A stretch of DNA of 64,000 nucleotides, from NCBI RefSeq assembly GCF_009914755.1, contig NC_060928.1; one strand, given 5' to 3'. This DNA is from the human T2T-CHM13v2.0 reference genome, Homo sapiens. The notes under the pieces were generated by a model, which made no database searches, had not been told where the DNA came from, and worked only from the letters and a program-made list of their open reading frames with translations. Positions 50,118 through 63,297 of this stretch are shown here, piece by piece (position 1 is the first letter of the stretch; the number at the start of each line of letters is the position of its first letter). Both the position numbers and the translations under genes were made by a program.

Positions 50118-52593
50118 TGCTTAGAAAGTTAAAGGATTGTTTTAAGTTAGATAAGATAAAGCTGAAAGTTTGAGCAAATTGTGAAAGCTTAATCTTGTAA
50201 AAGAAATTCTGTTAGTGAACATACTTGCCAAAATTAAAGGGGTATTATTCAGTTTTTTCATAGATTGAACATTGGAATAAAAGCACAACAGGGTTTTCTT
50301 AGAGCATTGATCTATTCTTTAACCAAAAATTTAGAAGAGTTATAAAAGGTTAATGAGAATCTTAACTTATAGTCAAACTGATTAAGATTGAATAAATTTG
50401 TCAACAACATTTTATTGAGAATTGGGTTTGACATTAATAGTACACTCATGCAAAGGTGAAATTTCGCCTTCTCTCTTGAACAAGATTTTCTAGTAATATT
50501 AAAAGAGGAAAGACTTTAATTTGCCTTGTAAATAAACAACAGGAAAAGAAGCGAAGAAAAAAGAGACAAATTGTTTGGAAAGCTAATTTCTCCCTGTATC
50601 AATGAGTAAAGCTTTTTGCCTTTTTAAAATATTTTGAGTTACCATTTTTGCTAAGTAAATGACTTATGGTGACCTAAGATTCTATTTTATAACATTGTTT
50701 AAACCCTTCATATTTGAAAAACTTTCCAAAATCTAATTCAAAATTAAGCCTTTTTCTGACTTGATAGTTCCTTTTAGATATATCTCCCAAAGTATAAAAA
50801 AGACATATATTTGGTTTATTTTGTGTACTAAAATCATACAGGAAGGATTGTCAAGTATTAAATGGTGTTTGGCTTTCTTTGGGCTGTATTTGTATAAAGG
50901 CATTATTAGTGCATGTTCCAGAATTATGAGAAACTCCTATAAGTCTGACATGACTTAGGGCACATTATCAGTAATAATTATAATTATTATGCCAAAGTAT
51001 TGTGCGCCACAGAGACAACCAAATTTTCTTGTTAATTTTGTCTTCGACTGTGGCTATCCTAAGACATTTTGTCATCGAAGACAATTGTCTTGTTTTGATT
51101 CTCTTCAAAAGTCAGTTTATAATCAGCTATAGAACTCTGATGAATATATTTAAATGTAAGTAAATTTGGAAAGTGTGCCATTAAAATAAAGAGGAAAAAC
51201 CTTTTAGGACTCTCTTGGACAACTAATGTGCTCATAAATATCAAGCAAAACAGGAATTAATTGCATAGACTGAACGAATAAAATACCAAAATAATATTTT
51301 TATTACCTTTGCTAGAAACATTTGTAGATATAGAGTTTTGGTGTGTTCCCTAGGCTGTTCTCCAACTCCTGGACTCAAGCAATCCTCCCACCTCAGCTTC
51401 CGAAAGTGCTGGGATTACAGGTGTGATCCTGTAGACAAAACAGCAGCTGACCTGTTTTGTTTTTCAGAATCTAGAAAACTCTTATTTTGAGGTATTTACA
51501 GCTTTTAGCAATTGGGTAAAGTATACACCTGTAAACAAAATTCGGATATGTTTCTTTCTAACTAATTTCTCCAAAAACTGGAAACTATTTGTGAGTATTT
51601 TTAACCTATAGCAATATAGTTATTTGCATAAGTCCAATAAGAATCTGTTTTCTTTTGCAAGAGGACACAATTGGAAAAACTGGTAATTTTTACCAAGACA
51701 TTGATTGGAATGGCATGATTTCAAATATAAACAAATGGCTTTAAGGAATCAAACTTCTTAAAGAGCCAATAAAAGCCCCTTGGGAAAACTGGCCTCATAC
51801 CTTGTCTACATAGTCCCTGTACATAATTCCTGACCTGTGGTAAGTAAAGAATGTCACTTTCTGACAGGCCTGGGAAGCCCAAGTTATCTTGTGCCACAAG
51901 AGGAGACAAATTCACCCAATTTATACAGGTATTTTCAGGCACAAAACTATGGTGAGCTTATGGCTTTAAAATGTCTAATATAAGATTCCATATGGAAAAA
52001 AAGTTCCAACAAAGGCAATTTTTTCAAAAGCCTATGTGGCAAATAATTATTCTTACTGCATTTTATACAGATAATCAGGCCAAGTATAACAATAATAACA
52101 CTTGTTTTGCAAACAAATCAGAACTACCATCATTTGTTTTCAACAAAAATGAGGATTAGTGAGAGAAAAATTGTTTCAGAAAGTGTGGTACGCCTGTTAG
52201 TGATCCCATATCAGCTTTGTTCTAACAATTGTCCACGTCACGGAAAACCTTATTGAGTTTAGTTGGGATAATTTTACTTATATTACTTTACTGTTGTGGA
52301 ATATATTGCTATTGTGCTGTGTGTAAAAATGCAAGATAAACTTACTCAATGCTTTGTTAAATTGAACACTTATTTTCTAGATATCACCTTTTGTCAGGAC
52401 TCAGAGTTATGAATGGACCCCACTATACTGATGATTTCTGACTAAACTCCTCTCTACCCTGAATACAAGAGACCTTACAAGTTATGCAGGGATATCCTTA
52501 CCCCTATTCAGTCTTAAGTTACAGAAGATGGATCTTCATCCCACTATAACCCTTACAATTAAAGGTCCCCTTGTAAAAGGGATGGGGGATGTA
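50118..52593 (+). mobile_element. MER4-group (ERV1) non-autonomous internal sequence
   Basis: AT-rich MER4-int-like motifs, ending in polypurine tract AAAAGGGATGGGGGA just before the LTR. Confidence 0.75.
51322..51428 (-). mobile_element. Alu left-arm/FLAM fragment inside the ERV internal region
   Basis: ctcctggactcaagcaatcctcccacctcagcttccgaaagtgctgggattacaggtgtga. Confidence 0.8.
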
Positions 52594-53103
52594 TGTCAGA
52601 GGCATTTGAACCAGTGACTCCATCTTGAACAGGGGCTATGTAAAATGAGGCTGAGACCTGCTAGGAAGCATTACCAGAAGGTTAAGCATTTAGTCACAGG
52701 ATGAAATAGGAGGTCGGCACAAGATACAGGTCACAAAGACTCTGCTGATGAAACAGGAGTGGTAAAGAAGCCAGCCAAAACTCACCAAAACCAAGATGGT
52801 GATGAAAGTGACCTCTGGCCATCCTCACTGCTCATTATATGTTAATTTTAATACATTTGCATGCTAAAAGACACTCTCACCAGTGCCATGACAGTTTATA
52901 AATGCCATGAGAATGTCTGGAAGTTGCACTATATGATCTGAAAAGGGGAAAAACACTAAGTTCCGGCAATTCTCCACCCCTTTCTTGAAAAACTCATGAA
53001 TCCACACCTTGTTTAGCATATAAATCAAGAAATAACTATAAGTTATTTAGAATAGTCATTATTCCTTTGCTTTCTTAATAAACTTGTTTTTACTTCAAAA
53101 AAA
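52594..53103 (+). mobile_element. MER41 3' LTR truncated at its poly(A) site
   Basis: TGTCAGAGGCATTTGAACCAG start, CCAAAACCAAGATGG; AATAAA at 53077-53082 then A7 at 53097-53103, with no U5. Confidence 0.88.
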
Positions 53104-54080
53104 GATAATCTTGCATTTGTGTGTTTGTTGTATTTGTATTTTGTTTTGTTTTTCTTGTTTCTTTACTCACACATTTTCTGGTTTGTTCCTTTGTAGGAAG
53201 GGGGCACAAACCATCATTTTTTTCTGTGCTGCTTCTCTGACTTTGCTCCTTATCCTTTAAAGTGATTGTAACAACTAGTTTGTTACAGAAGGATGAGGAT
53301 ACTACTTTGTTTAAATTATCTTTGCTTGCAGATAACTCGCAAATACTCTATTCCTATTTCAAAATGAAAGGAAAATCCAATTGAATGTTAATACCTGCTT
53401 TATTCTTACTTAAATAAAAATTTTCCATGAAAGTATATTATCATGGGCAGCTTTTCCCCACCTTCCTACCTGAAAATTTGATCTGTGGAGCAATTGTACC
53501 AGAATAACTTGAGATTCTGGAGGCTGAGATGTGTTACAGATTTTGTGAGTCACTAACTCTAGATATTAGACCTCGAAATTTAGAAATATTCCTAAGTTTT
53601 TCTTTATCATGCTAAACTTGGGAATTATTGATCCATGGGCATCTTACCCTGACAAGACATTAAACATATTTTTTTGGTATCTTAAAAATTTCCATCGTGG
53701 TTTACAAACATTCCATTATTTTCACTTTAAAGTATTTAAAAAGGTATTTAATTAATAAATATATGTAGTTGATGAAGGAATCTACATACTAAAATATAAG
53801 TTTTCTTTTTCTTTTAACATTTGTACTTCTTAAGTTTTGAATGCAAAATATACCATTCTGTAATTTATATATTGGATACAAGCTGTATAGATTTCGTGAT
53901 ATATATGTACTTCAGCAATATGAAAATAGTCATATTTTGTGAAGTAACATTTCTCATCAAAATGCTGCTAGTTTGATTTTTACTCAGTAGAAATATGGAA
54001 TATATTCATATATACACACATATCCATGATATACATATGTATCTATCTATCTGTCTATCCATTCATCTATCTATAGATCT

Positions 54081-54162
54081 TACCTAAAAAACAAGCAATC
54101 TTTTATTTTTTCCTAAAAGCTAATAAAATTGAGAACAAGCTGCCCCAAACTTTCCATATTTC

Positions 54163-54164
<2 letters not shown>
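54081..54164 (+). repeat. Local direct duplication, copy 1 (partner 54978-55061)
   Basis: tacctaaaaa.caagcaatctttt...aaaattgag.acaagctgccccaaac shared with partner. Confidence 0.85.

Positions 54165-54196
<32 letters not shown>
54165..54196. repeat. (GT)n microsatellite
   Basis: 16 units. Confidence 0.95.
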
Positions 54197-54199
<3 letters not shown>

Positions 54200-54977
54200 A
54201 CTGTGTTGTATTGTTTCAGGCTACCAAACATACTTCCTGGGGAACAATACATTGGTAGACATTAATCATTATTCATTGTAGAATATTCAGTGTATCCAGC
54301 AAGCACATTATGTTTTTGCTTTGATGGCATAGACAGATTCCAAGACTAATATTCCTCTATTTATTTTCATCTTGAGAAAACACTGCAAGTCCATATTCCT
54401 TATCCCATCTATACTATGTAGCAGCATGTAAAATATTTCTTTGATTTATTTGGATGTCTATATATGTCACATATTTTGATATATTGATCTAATATCCCCT
54501 TCTTTGTTCATAAATATACAGTTTGGAAGATTTTTGTAAATGCATTTGATTTTTCTATTTAATGAATTTCACTTAGCCCCTTTCAATATAAGGCTAACAT
54601 CACTGGAATGCTCCCTCTTTTTAGCCAGTGACTGATAGTAGTATTAAAATTAGCAAATGATGGACATAGAATTATAACAACAAAAGCCACTCTGTGAGGT
54701 TGTATTGTAGGTGCAAAAATATTTAGCATTCTTAATAAAATCAGTGGACATTGGGCATACTCTATAGAGTAGACATATTAGTAGCATGCACATTGATATG
54801 CCTTCAGACAATTTGTGACTTGCCAATCCAATTCACATAGTAGAATTAAGGTTGTGCTCTTTGGGTTCAGTTACTTGTGAGAGCATTGGGTATACCAAGT
54901 TATGGGAATGCCAGATAGATAAAAATGACGTTAATATTTTTTAACTACCCGAGAGCTATATTAGAGACGAGGTTTTC

Positions 54978-55061
54978 TACCTAAAAAGCAAGCAATCTTT
55001 TCTCCTGAGAGTTGTAAAAATTGAGCACAAGCTGCCCCAAACCATCCAGCTATTATTTCCC
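54978..55061 (+). repeat. Local direct duplication, copy 2
   Basis: Aligns with 54081-54164. Confidence 0.85.
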
Positions 55062-57466
55062 CCACTTTTTTTTCCACAGAGGCAGAAAGTTTCATCAGCT
55101 CTGATGGCTTACAGGAAGAGATTATAGGTTTCATGATGGTCTCTGTCACATCACTAGTATTCTTCATTTCTGAGTGGTAGAAAGTTTTTTTTTTTCTCAG
55201 CTGCGAGAATACTAACCTTCAAATACTTTGTGTTATTATATACTATAATTAATTGTATATTATTTCATTATATTTGTTATATAATACATTGTTTATAAAT
55301 TAACACTTCATCATATCAAATTTTAGTAGAAGTTTGATATCTTAAAGACAGTCCTATATTAAGAGTCATGGGGTTTTAATGCTAATTCCATTTTGGAGGG
55401 AAAATATTTTAACATCTCTGAACACCTACCCTGTCTACATTCCAGGATTTTTGTGAAAATTAAAATAGAACATATGTTCTATAGAATCACAGAAAATAAA
55501 TTTTAGGTAATTTGTAATAATATTGTGCTATATTTTATTAATTAAACACTTGTATTTTATATTTTTGAGTTATTCCTTTTATAGTGCAGAAGCATCCTCA
55601 GTTCTCTGGAACTGAGGTTATCATGGACAGACTTAGTGGTACAAATACACTTAAGAGTTTGCATCCATACAAATTCAACTCAACAGTCCAGTGATGTTTT
55701 ATGAACTGAATTTCCTTGTATATTTACGGTTCGATCAATCTCAAGGCTTCTAAAAGTGCTTTTGTAATTTTACATGAAACATTTTATAGTGACCCTTGAG
55801 TAAGGCACATAACTTAAGAGTACTAGCCCACATGAAAAAAACATAGTCCATAAAAAACAATCTCTGAGATAAACGTCCTGTGTTCTTCATGCCAATCAGC
55901 CCACATAGAAAAACAATAAATAGTTGCTCTCACATCCTACTAAAAGCAACCATATTGAAGTGGTCATAGGAAAACTATTTAAAAATGAGTCTTCAGGATA
56001 TGGTAACATAAACAACATTCACAATGTTAACTATAACTATGTTTGAAATTGTGCGAAAAGTAGGATTTTTCCAAGGCTTATTACTTATTATAGCATATGA
56101 AATAAGATTTTTTTAAATAAAGGTAGTCTGGAAATTCAAAGAAAAGAAAGAACAGTAGTTTTACTACGTAGGCCATTAAAGTTAGGTAATTTGGTGTGAA
56201 CAGACGTAAAGAGCCTTGGACAACCCACTGCAAATAATCTAATTAGAGAAGAATCTGTATTTTTGCCAACATTTTAAGGAAGGAGAAATATAAAAAGCTG
56301 CATAAGGTGAAACATAGCTTCAGACAAAGCAAATGCTCAGTTGCTCTCATGTACCTTGTCTTGGACACTTAACTCTTGTCATCTCAAAATAAGTTATTGT
56401 GGCAGACTGGGATGAAACAGGTCACTCTAGAGAAAAACCAAGAAAGAAGTTCCGAAACATGCACCAGGAAAATAAAATCCTTGACATTATTCAGTCAGAG
56501 AAGCTGCAGCACTTATGAACATGTCTCAAGAATATTTCTCTTGTGCATAAAAATCTTAGTATATAAAATAAAGATAAATTTTAAATATTGTAATGAAACT
56601 AGGAGGTATATCTAAATGCAAAGTTGGATTAAGAGGTATAGATTATGTTTTATCAAATTATCTCCTTTTTTTGTCTCTGATTTTGTGTTGTACATCTTGT
56701 ATCCATAATGCCTACAACAGGACATACCTCCTTGTTAAGTAATCAATAAATACTTGCTAAATGGGTGAATTTATGAATGTAAGAGGGAAAGAAATGAAAC
56801 ACTGGGAGCAAAACAATATTTTCAGTGTGTAGTTGTGAAGAGTTGTTTCTCTGAACACAAACTCAACACTTCCCAAGTACCTGCCCATGTTAACTTCCCA
56901 CCAAACATTCTCTACCTCCCTGGGGGACTGCTACCCTGCTATGTCACTGATGACAGAGAGTCATTTATTTTATTATTCATTATAGAAAGAACCACTCTGA
57001 TCCTTTTTAGTTCCTCAGAGGTGATATTAGTGAATGGCATTCTCAAATTTCTTTTAATTATTTTATCTTCTAGTTTAAAAATGTACTTAATTATAGAAAA
57101 CTCCTTTTAATAAATATGCATACATATCAAGGAATTGTGTTGTCTTGAGGATCATCGTCTTGTTGAAAAAGGAGAATTCAGACAAATAGTAATTACTGTC
57201 TGTTGACTTTGCTTCTAATTTTTCTACTTAACTGTGAGATATTAAAGAGACTCTTTACAGAAGCAGTCTCAAATTAACTAACACAATTGTTAGCTAATAA
57301 AAACTACCTTTAAGAGAGAAACAATATCTGAAACTAATCCTTTTTTCCATTTTATTTGTAGCTATGTTTTAGAAAACTATGTTTTCTGTATTACACTTTA
57401 AATATTTTCTGAGGTATTATGTTGATTTATAACCAAAACTAAATATACCACTGAAGCTTTATTTTT

Positions 57467-57828
57467 AATACCCAAGATATGGAATCAGCTTAAGTGTCCA
57501 GTAATGGGTGAAAGAAGATGTGATACACAGCCAGGCGCAATGGCTAATGCCTGTAATCTCGGCAGTTTGGGAGGCTGAGGTGGGCAAAGCACTTGAAGTC
57601 AGGAGTTTGAGGCCAGCCTGGCCAACATGGTGAAACCCGCTCACTAGTAAAAATACAAGAATAGGCTGGGTGTGGTGGTGCATGCCTGTAACCTTAGCTA
57701 CTTGGGAGGCTGAGACACGAGAATCACTTGAACCCAGGAGGCGGAGGTTGCAGTGAGCCGAGATCGTGCCACTGTACTGCAGCCTGAGTGACAGAGTGAG
57801 ATTCTGTCTCAAAAAAAAGAAAATGTCA

Positions 57829-57875
<47 letters not shown>

Positions 57876-58127
57876 GAATATTATTTAGCCATTCAGAAGA
57901 GGTAAATCTTGTCATTTGCAACAATATACAACAACCCAGAGGACATTATTCCAAGTGGAAGAAACCAGACACAGAAAAATACTGCATGAGCTCGCTTACA
58001 TGTGAAAAGGCAGAGTAGAATGGTGGCTCCCAGAGGGTGGGGGATAACGGAACTGGATAGATGCTGCTCAAAGAATAAAAAGTTTCAGTTATAAGGGATG
58101 AATAAGTTCTGGAGTTTAATGTATACA
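57467..58127 (+). mobile_element. L1MA 3' fragment interrupted by an Alu and (CA)n
   Basis: caagatatggaatca.cttaagtgtcca; cttgtcatttgcaacaa; gaataagttctggag; (CA)n at 57832-57872. Confidence 0.75.
57529..57818 (+). mobile_element. AluS (Sx/Sz-like) SINE
   Basis: Full dimer; degenerate TSD AAGAAGATGTGATACAC/AAGAAAATGTCACAAAC. Confidence 0.92.
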
Positions 58128-59399
58128 ACTCTCTTTGACCGTGACCACTGTACCTTCCTTTTATGAGTCATCCTCTAAAATAATGAAGTCTTCTCCTGTA
58201 TCCAAATTGTTAAACTGGACCCTCGTATCTTTTAATAGGATGCCTAGTTTCTGAAACTTGTTTGGGCTCAGTATTGCTCTGTGTCTTAATGCTGGGCTAT
58301 AGGCATCTGCTGGGATTTTTGGTATTTTTTCTGAAATTCTTAACTAATTTACTTCTATTTTACCTGGATATTGTTGAAACTTTTAGATTCTTTTTTTAGT
58401 GGTTATATCTACTCCCATCTCAAACACCAGGAGTTAGTTTAGCTATAGAGTATTTGTTTGATTCCAGTGGATCAAGCCAGTGATACGTTCTGAACTGGGG
58501 CTAAAACCTTTGCTCAGTTATGGCTGTAGTGTTTCCCTGTGAGTTTGAAGTTATAACTATTTTCATATTATAAGAAGTAGGATTTTATATTGTTTTAATT
58601 TTCTATGAATTTATGGTACAACTCTGCTTTATCCTATTTTGAATTACTTGAAATATTTGCAATTCATGAACCAGAGTTTTTAAAAAATACCTTTTAGTCA
58701 ATTTTGATGATCACTTCTACCCATTAATACCAATGAGCAACAATTTCCCATTTATAGATGGCATTAATGAGCATTGAAACTAAAGGCAAAAGGATAAATG
58801 CATGATTTGTGATATGAAAAGAAATGGTGCAAATATTTATCCTTACTCTGTATAACCTTGTTCAAAATAATGTGTTTATTTGTTCTTATAAATTCTGAAA
58901 CCTCTCCATGTTTTCTAACCTGCTTCACATAATATGAATTTTATTTTTATATGCATCTATTTAACTGGGCAAATTCAGGCTTAATGAGGATCAAGTAAAA
59001 CTATAAGAACACTGAAACAAGTTGAATTAAAGGATACAAAGTGTACCGCTAGTGGAATCCAGGCTACAAAAGTCAGTTATCAGGACGAGGTTTCCAGGTT
59101 GAATTAACAGCAGTCATCTTCGTACTGGAACCATGGTTAGTGGGACAAAAGCCATTTAAAAATTTATTGCTTTGAGTTGAGATTAGTTCTGGGTAATGTG
59201 GAAGTTTTGAATCTGCTGTTTAATATATTTAGAATATATTCCAGTTTGAACATATTCTACATGTACCAAACTCGGGAAAGTTTTCAGTTTCTTTCTCTAT
59301 GAATGGAAAAAAAATGATAGGACACATTTCAGTTTCTGAAACTTCATTGGGGTCAATATTATTATATGAAGTTTTCTTGTTGTGGACCCTCACACTGTT

Positions 59400-59545
59400 G
59401 GGACTTTTGTTTTTTTATCTGAAATTATTTATTACTAGCTTACATGATAACATCAGATGTTAAGATTCCATGAGATGATGTATGTATAGCCCTTAGCAAA
59501 GTACCTGGCCCATTGTAAGTGTTCAATAGTTTTAATTATTAAATA
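59400..59545 (+). mobile_element. MIR 3' fragment
   Basis: atgagatgatgtatgtatagcccttagcaaagtacctggcccattgtaagtgttcaata. Confidence 0.65.
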
Positions 59546-60050
59546 CTATTACTAATCATTGTTCCTGAGGGCCAGATTGAGCAAGTAGAGAGATCTATTT
59601 TGTAACAAACACTTTAAGATTTCTTTACAAGAAGCCTCTTAATGACATTTATTTCCCTAGTTTGTTATAGTGTCTTGCATGAAATTGTGCTAAGGTAATT
59701 ATTTACTTAATAAAATATTTATATGTTTAAGAAATTTCTTCAAGGCACAAGGTATTGTATAAATGTATACCCAGACACTGGAAATGGTAAATTTGGATTG
59801 GATTAGACATCTGCAGAATTCACTCTAATAAATAAGTTAGTAATGTAATTAGGATGTCTTCCAAATGATCATTAAGCATCCCATTATGATTCATGTCATC
59901 ATCAAGGAAGGACAATTTGTAAGAATATTTTTAAAGGATTTCTTATGCAATTTGTTGTAACAAGTATAACAAGTTATAATAGAAAGCTCATGCTTTACTA
60001 ATTAAATTAAAATAAAGAAGGAGGGAAAGGAAGATGAATAGAAAGAAGGA

Positions 60051-60345
60051 GTGGCTTGCGCCTGTAATCCCAACATTTTGGGATGCCAAGATGGTCAGAT
60101 CACCTGAGGTCAGGAGTTCGAGACCAGCCTGACCAACATGGAGAAAATCTGTCTCTACTAAAAAAAAAAAAAAAAAATAGCCATTAGTCAGGTATGGTAG
60201 CACATGCCTGTTATCCCAGCTACTCAGGAGGCTGAGGCAGGAGAATCGCTTGAACCTGTGAGGTGGAGGTTGTGGCAAGTCGAGATGTTGCCATTGCACT
60301 CGAGCCTGGGCAACAAGAGCAAAAGTCTGTCTCAAAAAAAAAAGA
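60051..60345 (+). mobile_element. AluSp-like SINE with a purine-rich expanded tail (to ~60440)
   Basis: CCTGACCAACATGGAGAAA and GGCAACAAGAGC Sp-type motifs; first ~10 nt missing. Confidence 0.9.
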
Positions 60346-60684
60346 AAGAAAAAAAGAAAAAGAAGAAGAAGAAGGAGTAGGAAAGCAAGATACAGGGAGG
60401 GGGAAAGAAAAGAAGAGGGGGAGGAAAAAGAAGATAAATAATACTACTGCCAATGATGACAAAGAAAAGAACAGTGAGGCTTCACCATGGTTTCAAGGAG
60501 ACTTTCCTGAGTCACTCTTATGAATGCTCTAGTTCTGCCTGACAAATGTTCCGATAATTTTTAAAACAAATTTTGAACACTTTCCTAATCATTGAAATAA
60601 ACTTCTGATATTGATTTGGTTTCCCAAAAGAATTTTCTTAGAAAGAAAGTATCGTCTTAATCAGCCAAATATATTCTGACCTGC

Positions 60685-61097
60685 TGTAATGGTCTTTTGA
60701 TATGTCAACTTGACTAGATTACAGCCCTCAGTTGTTGGATCAAACACTAATCTAGGTATTGCTGCAAAGGTATTTTGTACATGTGATTCAAGTTCATAAT
60801 TAGAGGCCTTTAAGTAGAGAGAGTATCCTAAACAATCTGGGTAAGCCTGAATCAATTAGTTGAAAGGCCTTAAGAGCAGAGCTGAAGCTCAGAGCTTCTA
60901 ATGGAGAAGTTCTGCCTGTGGAAAAGGGCTTCAGCCCACATCCAAGATTCCCAGCCTGCCTTTCCTGATGGCCTGTCCTACGGAGTTTGGAATCAGCCAA
61001 TTGGTCCCACAATTGTGTAAACCATTTCTCTTAAGTAAATCTCTCAATAGAAAATCCCCTACTGGTCTATTCCTCTGGGTGAAACCTGACTAATTCA
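60685..61097 (+). mobile_element. MLT2C/D (ERVL) solo LTR
   Basis: TGTAATGG...ATGTCAACTTGACTAG...CAAACACTAATCTAGGT; ends CCTGACTAATTCA. Confidence 0.85.
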
Positions 61098-61437
61098 CTT
61101 GTGTAGCACATGTATATATATATATATATAATTCAGTGACTGTTTGGATTAGAGTTCAGTTAGTTAAGAAATGCACCCCAGAAGAAACTATCTGAAACCA
61201 CAAATTTCAGAACCACCATAAAAAGAGTGGCTCAAACTTAACACTGGTCTTTAGCTCCTTTATCCACCTCCTTCTATTTCATATGTATAATTATTTTATT
61301 GTAATAAGGCAAAGGCAATTTGCAACTCAGTGTGTGTCTCAAGTATACTTCATGAAGTAATAATCAGTAAACACAATATGGTCATAAAATATGTAGAAAT
61401 ACATAATGTATAATAAAATATGTTATATATGTATATA

Positions 61438-61525
61438 CTGTCACTACATAGATATACACACACATGCATATATGTATATATATATATACGTATATGCATG
61501 TGTGTGTATATCTATGTAGTGACAG
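61438..61525. repeat. 88-bp near-perfect palindrome
   Basis: 43 of 44 positions pair by manual check; the only mismatch is T61473/G61490. Confidence 0.95.
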
Positions 61526-62127
61526 GCAGAGAGGGATGGAAATTGATTCCACTTCCCTCCACACATCATCTTATTTCCCTGTGCTTCTTTAGAGCAATAC
61601 CATAAAATAGAAATCTCTATGTGTACACAATACCCCTCCTAGTACTCTTTTTTGAATTCTGGGGGGTATTTTCCATTAGATTTTTGCTGCTAATATTCTA
61701 CCAAAATTTATCTTATTAACACATAAATAACCATCACCTTGATAAAGACAATAATCAGTTCCTAGCTCTTCTGTAATCAACGAAAGCTCTAAAGTTTCAA
61801 TACAGAAGTAACAAAGATATGAAAAGCATACAAACAAATGTCTGCCAAGTATTTGAATACATACATTTGGACCTACAAAGAGTCAAAAAACGTCAATTAT
61901 AAATACGAACAATATTTTTTAACTTTTAAAATTAACAAATTATTTTCAGTGAAAACTCATGTGTTTCACAAGGGTGCATAATGGGAGTGTGATAAATATT
62001 ATTGCCTGACACAGTAAGTTACTGAATGAATTAATTTAATGAGAATGTAACCTAGAGGTAAATATGTAAAATTTAGGGTCCTTATTAAAAGTAATTAACA
62101 TATAGATACACAGGATTCTAAAATACC

Positions 62128-62424
62128 TTTATTTATTTATTTATTTCAAAACACAGTCTTACTCTGTCACCCAGGCTGGAGTACAGTAGCATGATCAGAG
62201 CTCATTACAGCCTCAACATGCTGGACCCAAGCAATACTCCTACCTCAGCCTCCCAGGTAGCTGTGACTACGGGCATGCATCCTCATGCCCAGCTAATTTT
62301 TAAAATTTTTGTAGAAATGAGGTCTCCCTATTTCTGCTGTTCTTGAACTCCTAGGCTCAAGCAATCCTCCCACCTCAGCCTCCCAAAGTTGTTGGGATTA
62401 CAGGTGTGAGCACTGTACCTGACC
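62128..62424 (-). mobile_element. AluJ-like SINE
   Basis: Reverse dimer with J-type motifs; flanking CTAAAATA at 62118 and 62425. Confidence 0.9.
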
Positions 62425-62904
62425 CTAAAATATTTTTAATTTAGAATTTGAACTTCAGAAAATTGCAGAAATGCAGAAATAGCTGAATACACAAGAATGT
62501 TTGTTGAATCATTTTAAAAAGTAAAAAGGAAACATTAAATCAAATGTTGAAAATACTCAATGAAGGCTGGTATTAGAAAAATGTACAAACAAAAAGATCA
62601 GCAGTTCTTAGGTGGGAATGAACTTGCTATGTTTCAGAAACTAAATGAATGTAAAAATAGCTGGAAAATAGCATTCCATGGAAAAAGTGTTGTAAAACTG
62701 AAATCAGTCATGCAGGTCTTATAATCTTGTTTAAAGTACTGGAACAATGATATATCATCAAATAATTTTTAATCTGGGGATTATGAAATAAAATGGACAC
62801 TTTAAAAACGATCATTCTGCTTTCTGTGAGGAGCACAGATTATAGAAGGGGTAAGGAGGCTAAAGGAGAGTAGTTAGAATATGCCACAGTTTTCCAGGTG
62901 CATA

Positions 62905-63297
62905 CACATCATTTTTGTTCACTAATCTGTTTTCCCTCTCCTGGGCCTATACAAAAAACACTGTAATTCTCAGACTCGTACAGTTGGCCATTTCTGGACA
63001 ATGTGTTGTTCATGGAGGTACATGTATCCATTCTAGGCATATATATTTCATTTACAGTTTAAAACCGTTTTGATCTTTTTCTTACCATGGGGTTCCAGGA
63101 AGAAGGCGAAGTATTAAGATAGTGAAGCCACAAGACTGAAACATCCTGGATTGGGAATTTGTGGTATGAGGTAGAGTTGCTGTCAGAGTTGCCCGAATCT
63201 AGAGTTAATTTTGTGAAAGTAAGAAATACATCTTTGTTTTGCTAAGCCAATGAGCTTTGGATGTTGTTTGATAATTTAGCTTGCCTTAACTAATACA
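62905..63297 (+). mobile_element. MLT1-type (MaLR) solo LTR
   Basis: agtaagaaatacatctttgttttgctaagccaatgag...ccttaactaataca 3' end; 5' boundary approximate. Confidence 0.65.

Noticed and set aside
53180-55210. Several acceptor-like pyrimidine-AG sites (~53196, ~54219, 55079, 55200)
   Set aside because: No matched strong donors or coherent reading frame; such sites are common in T-rich DNA.
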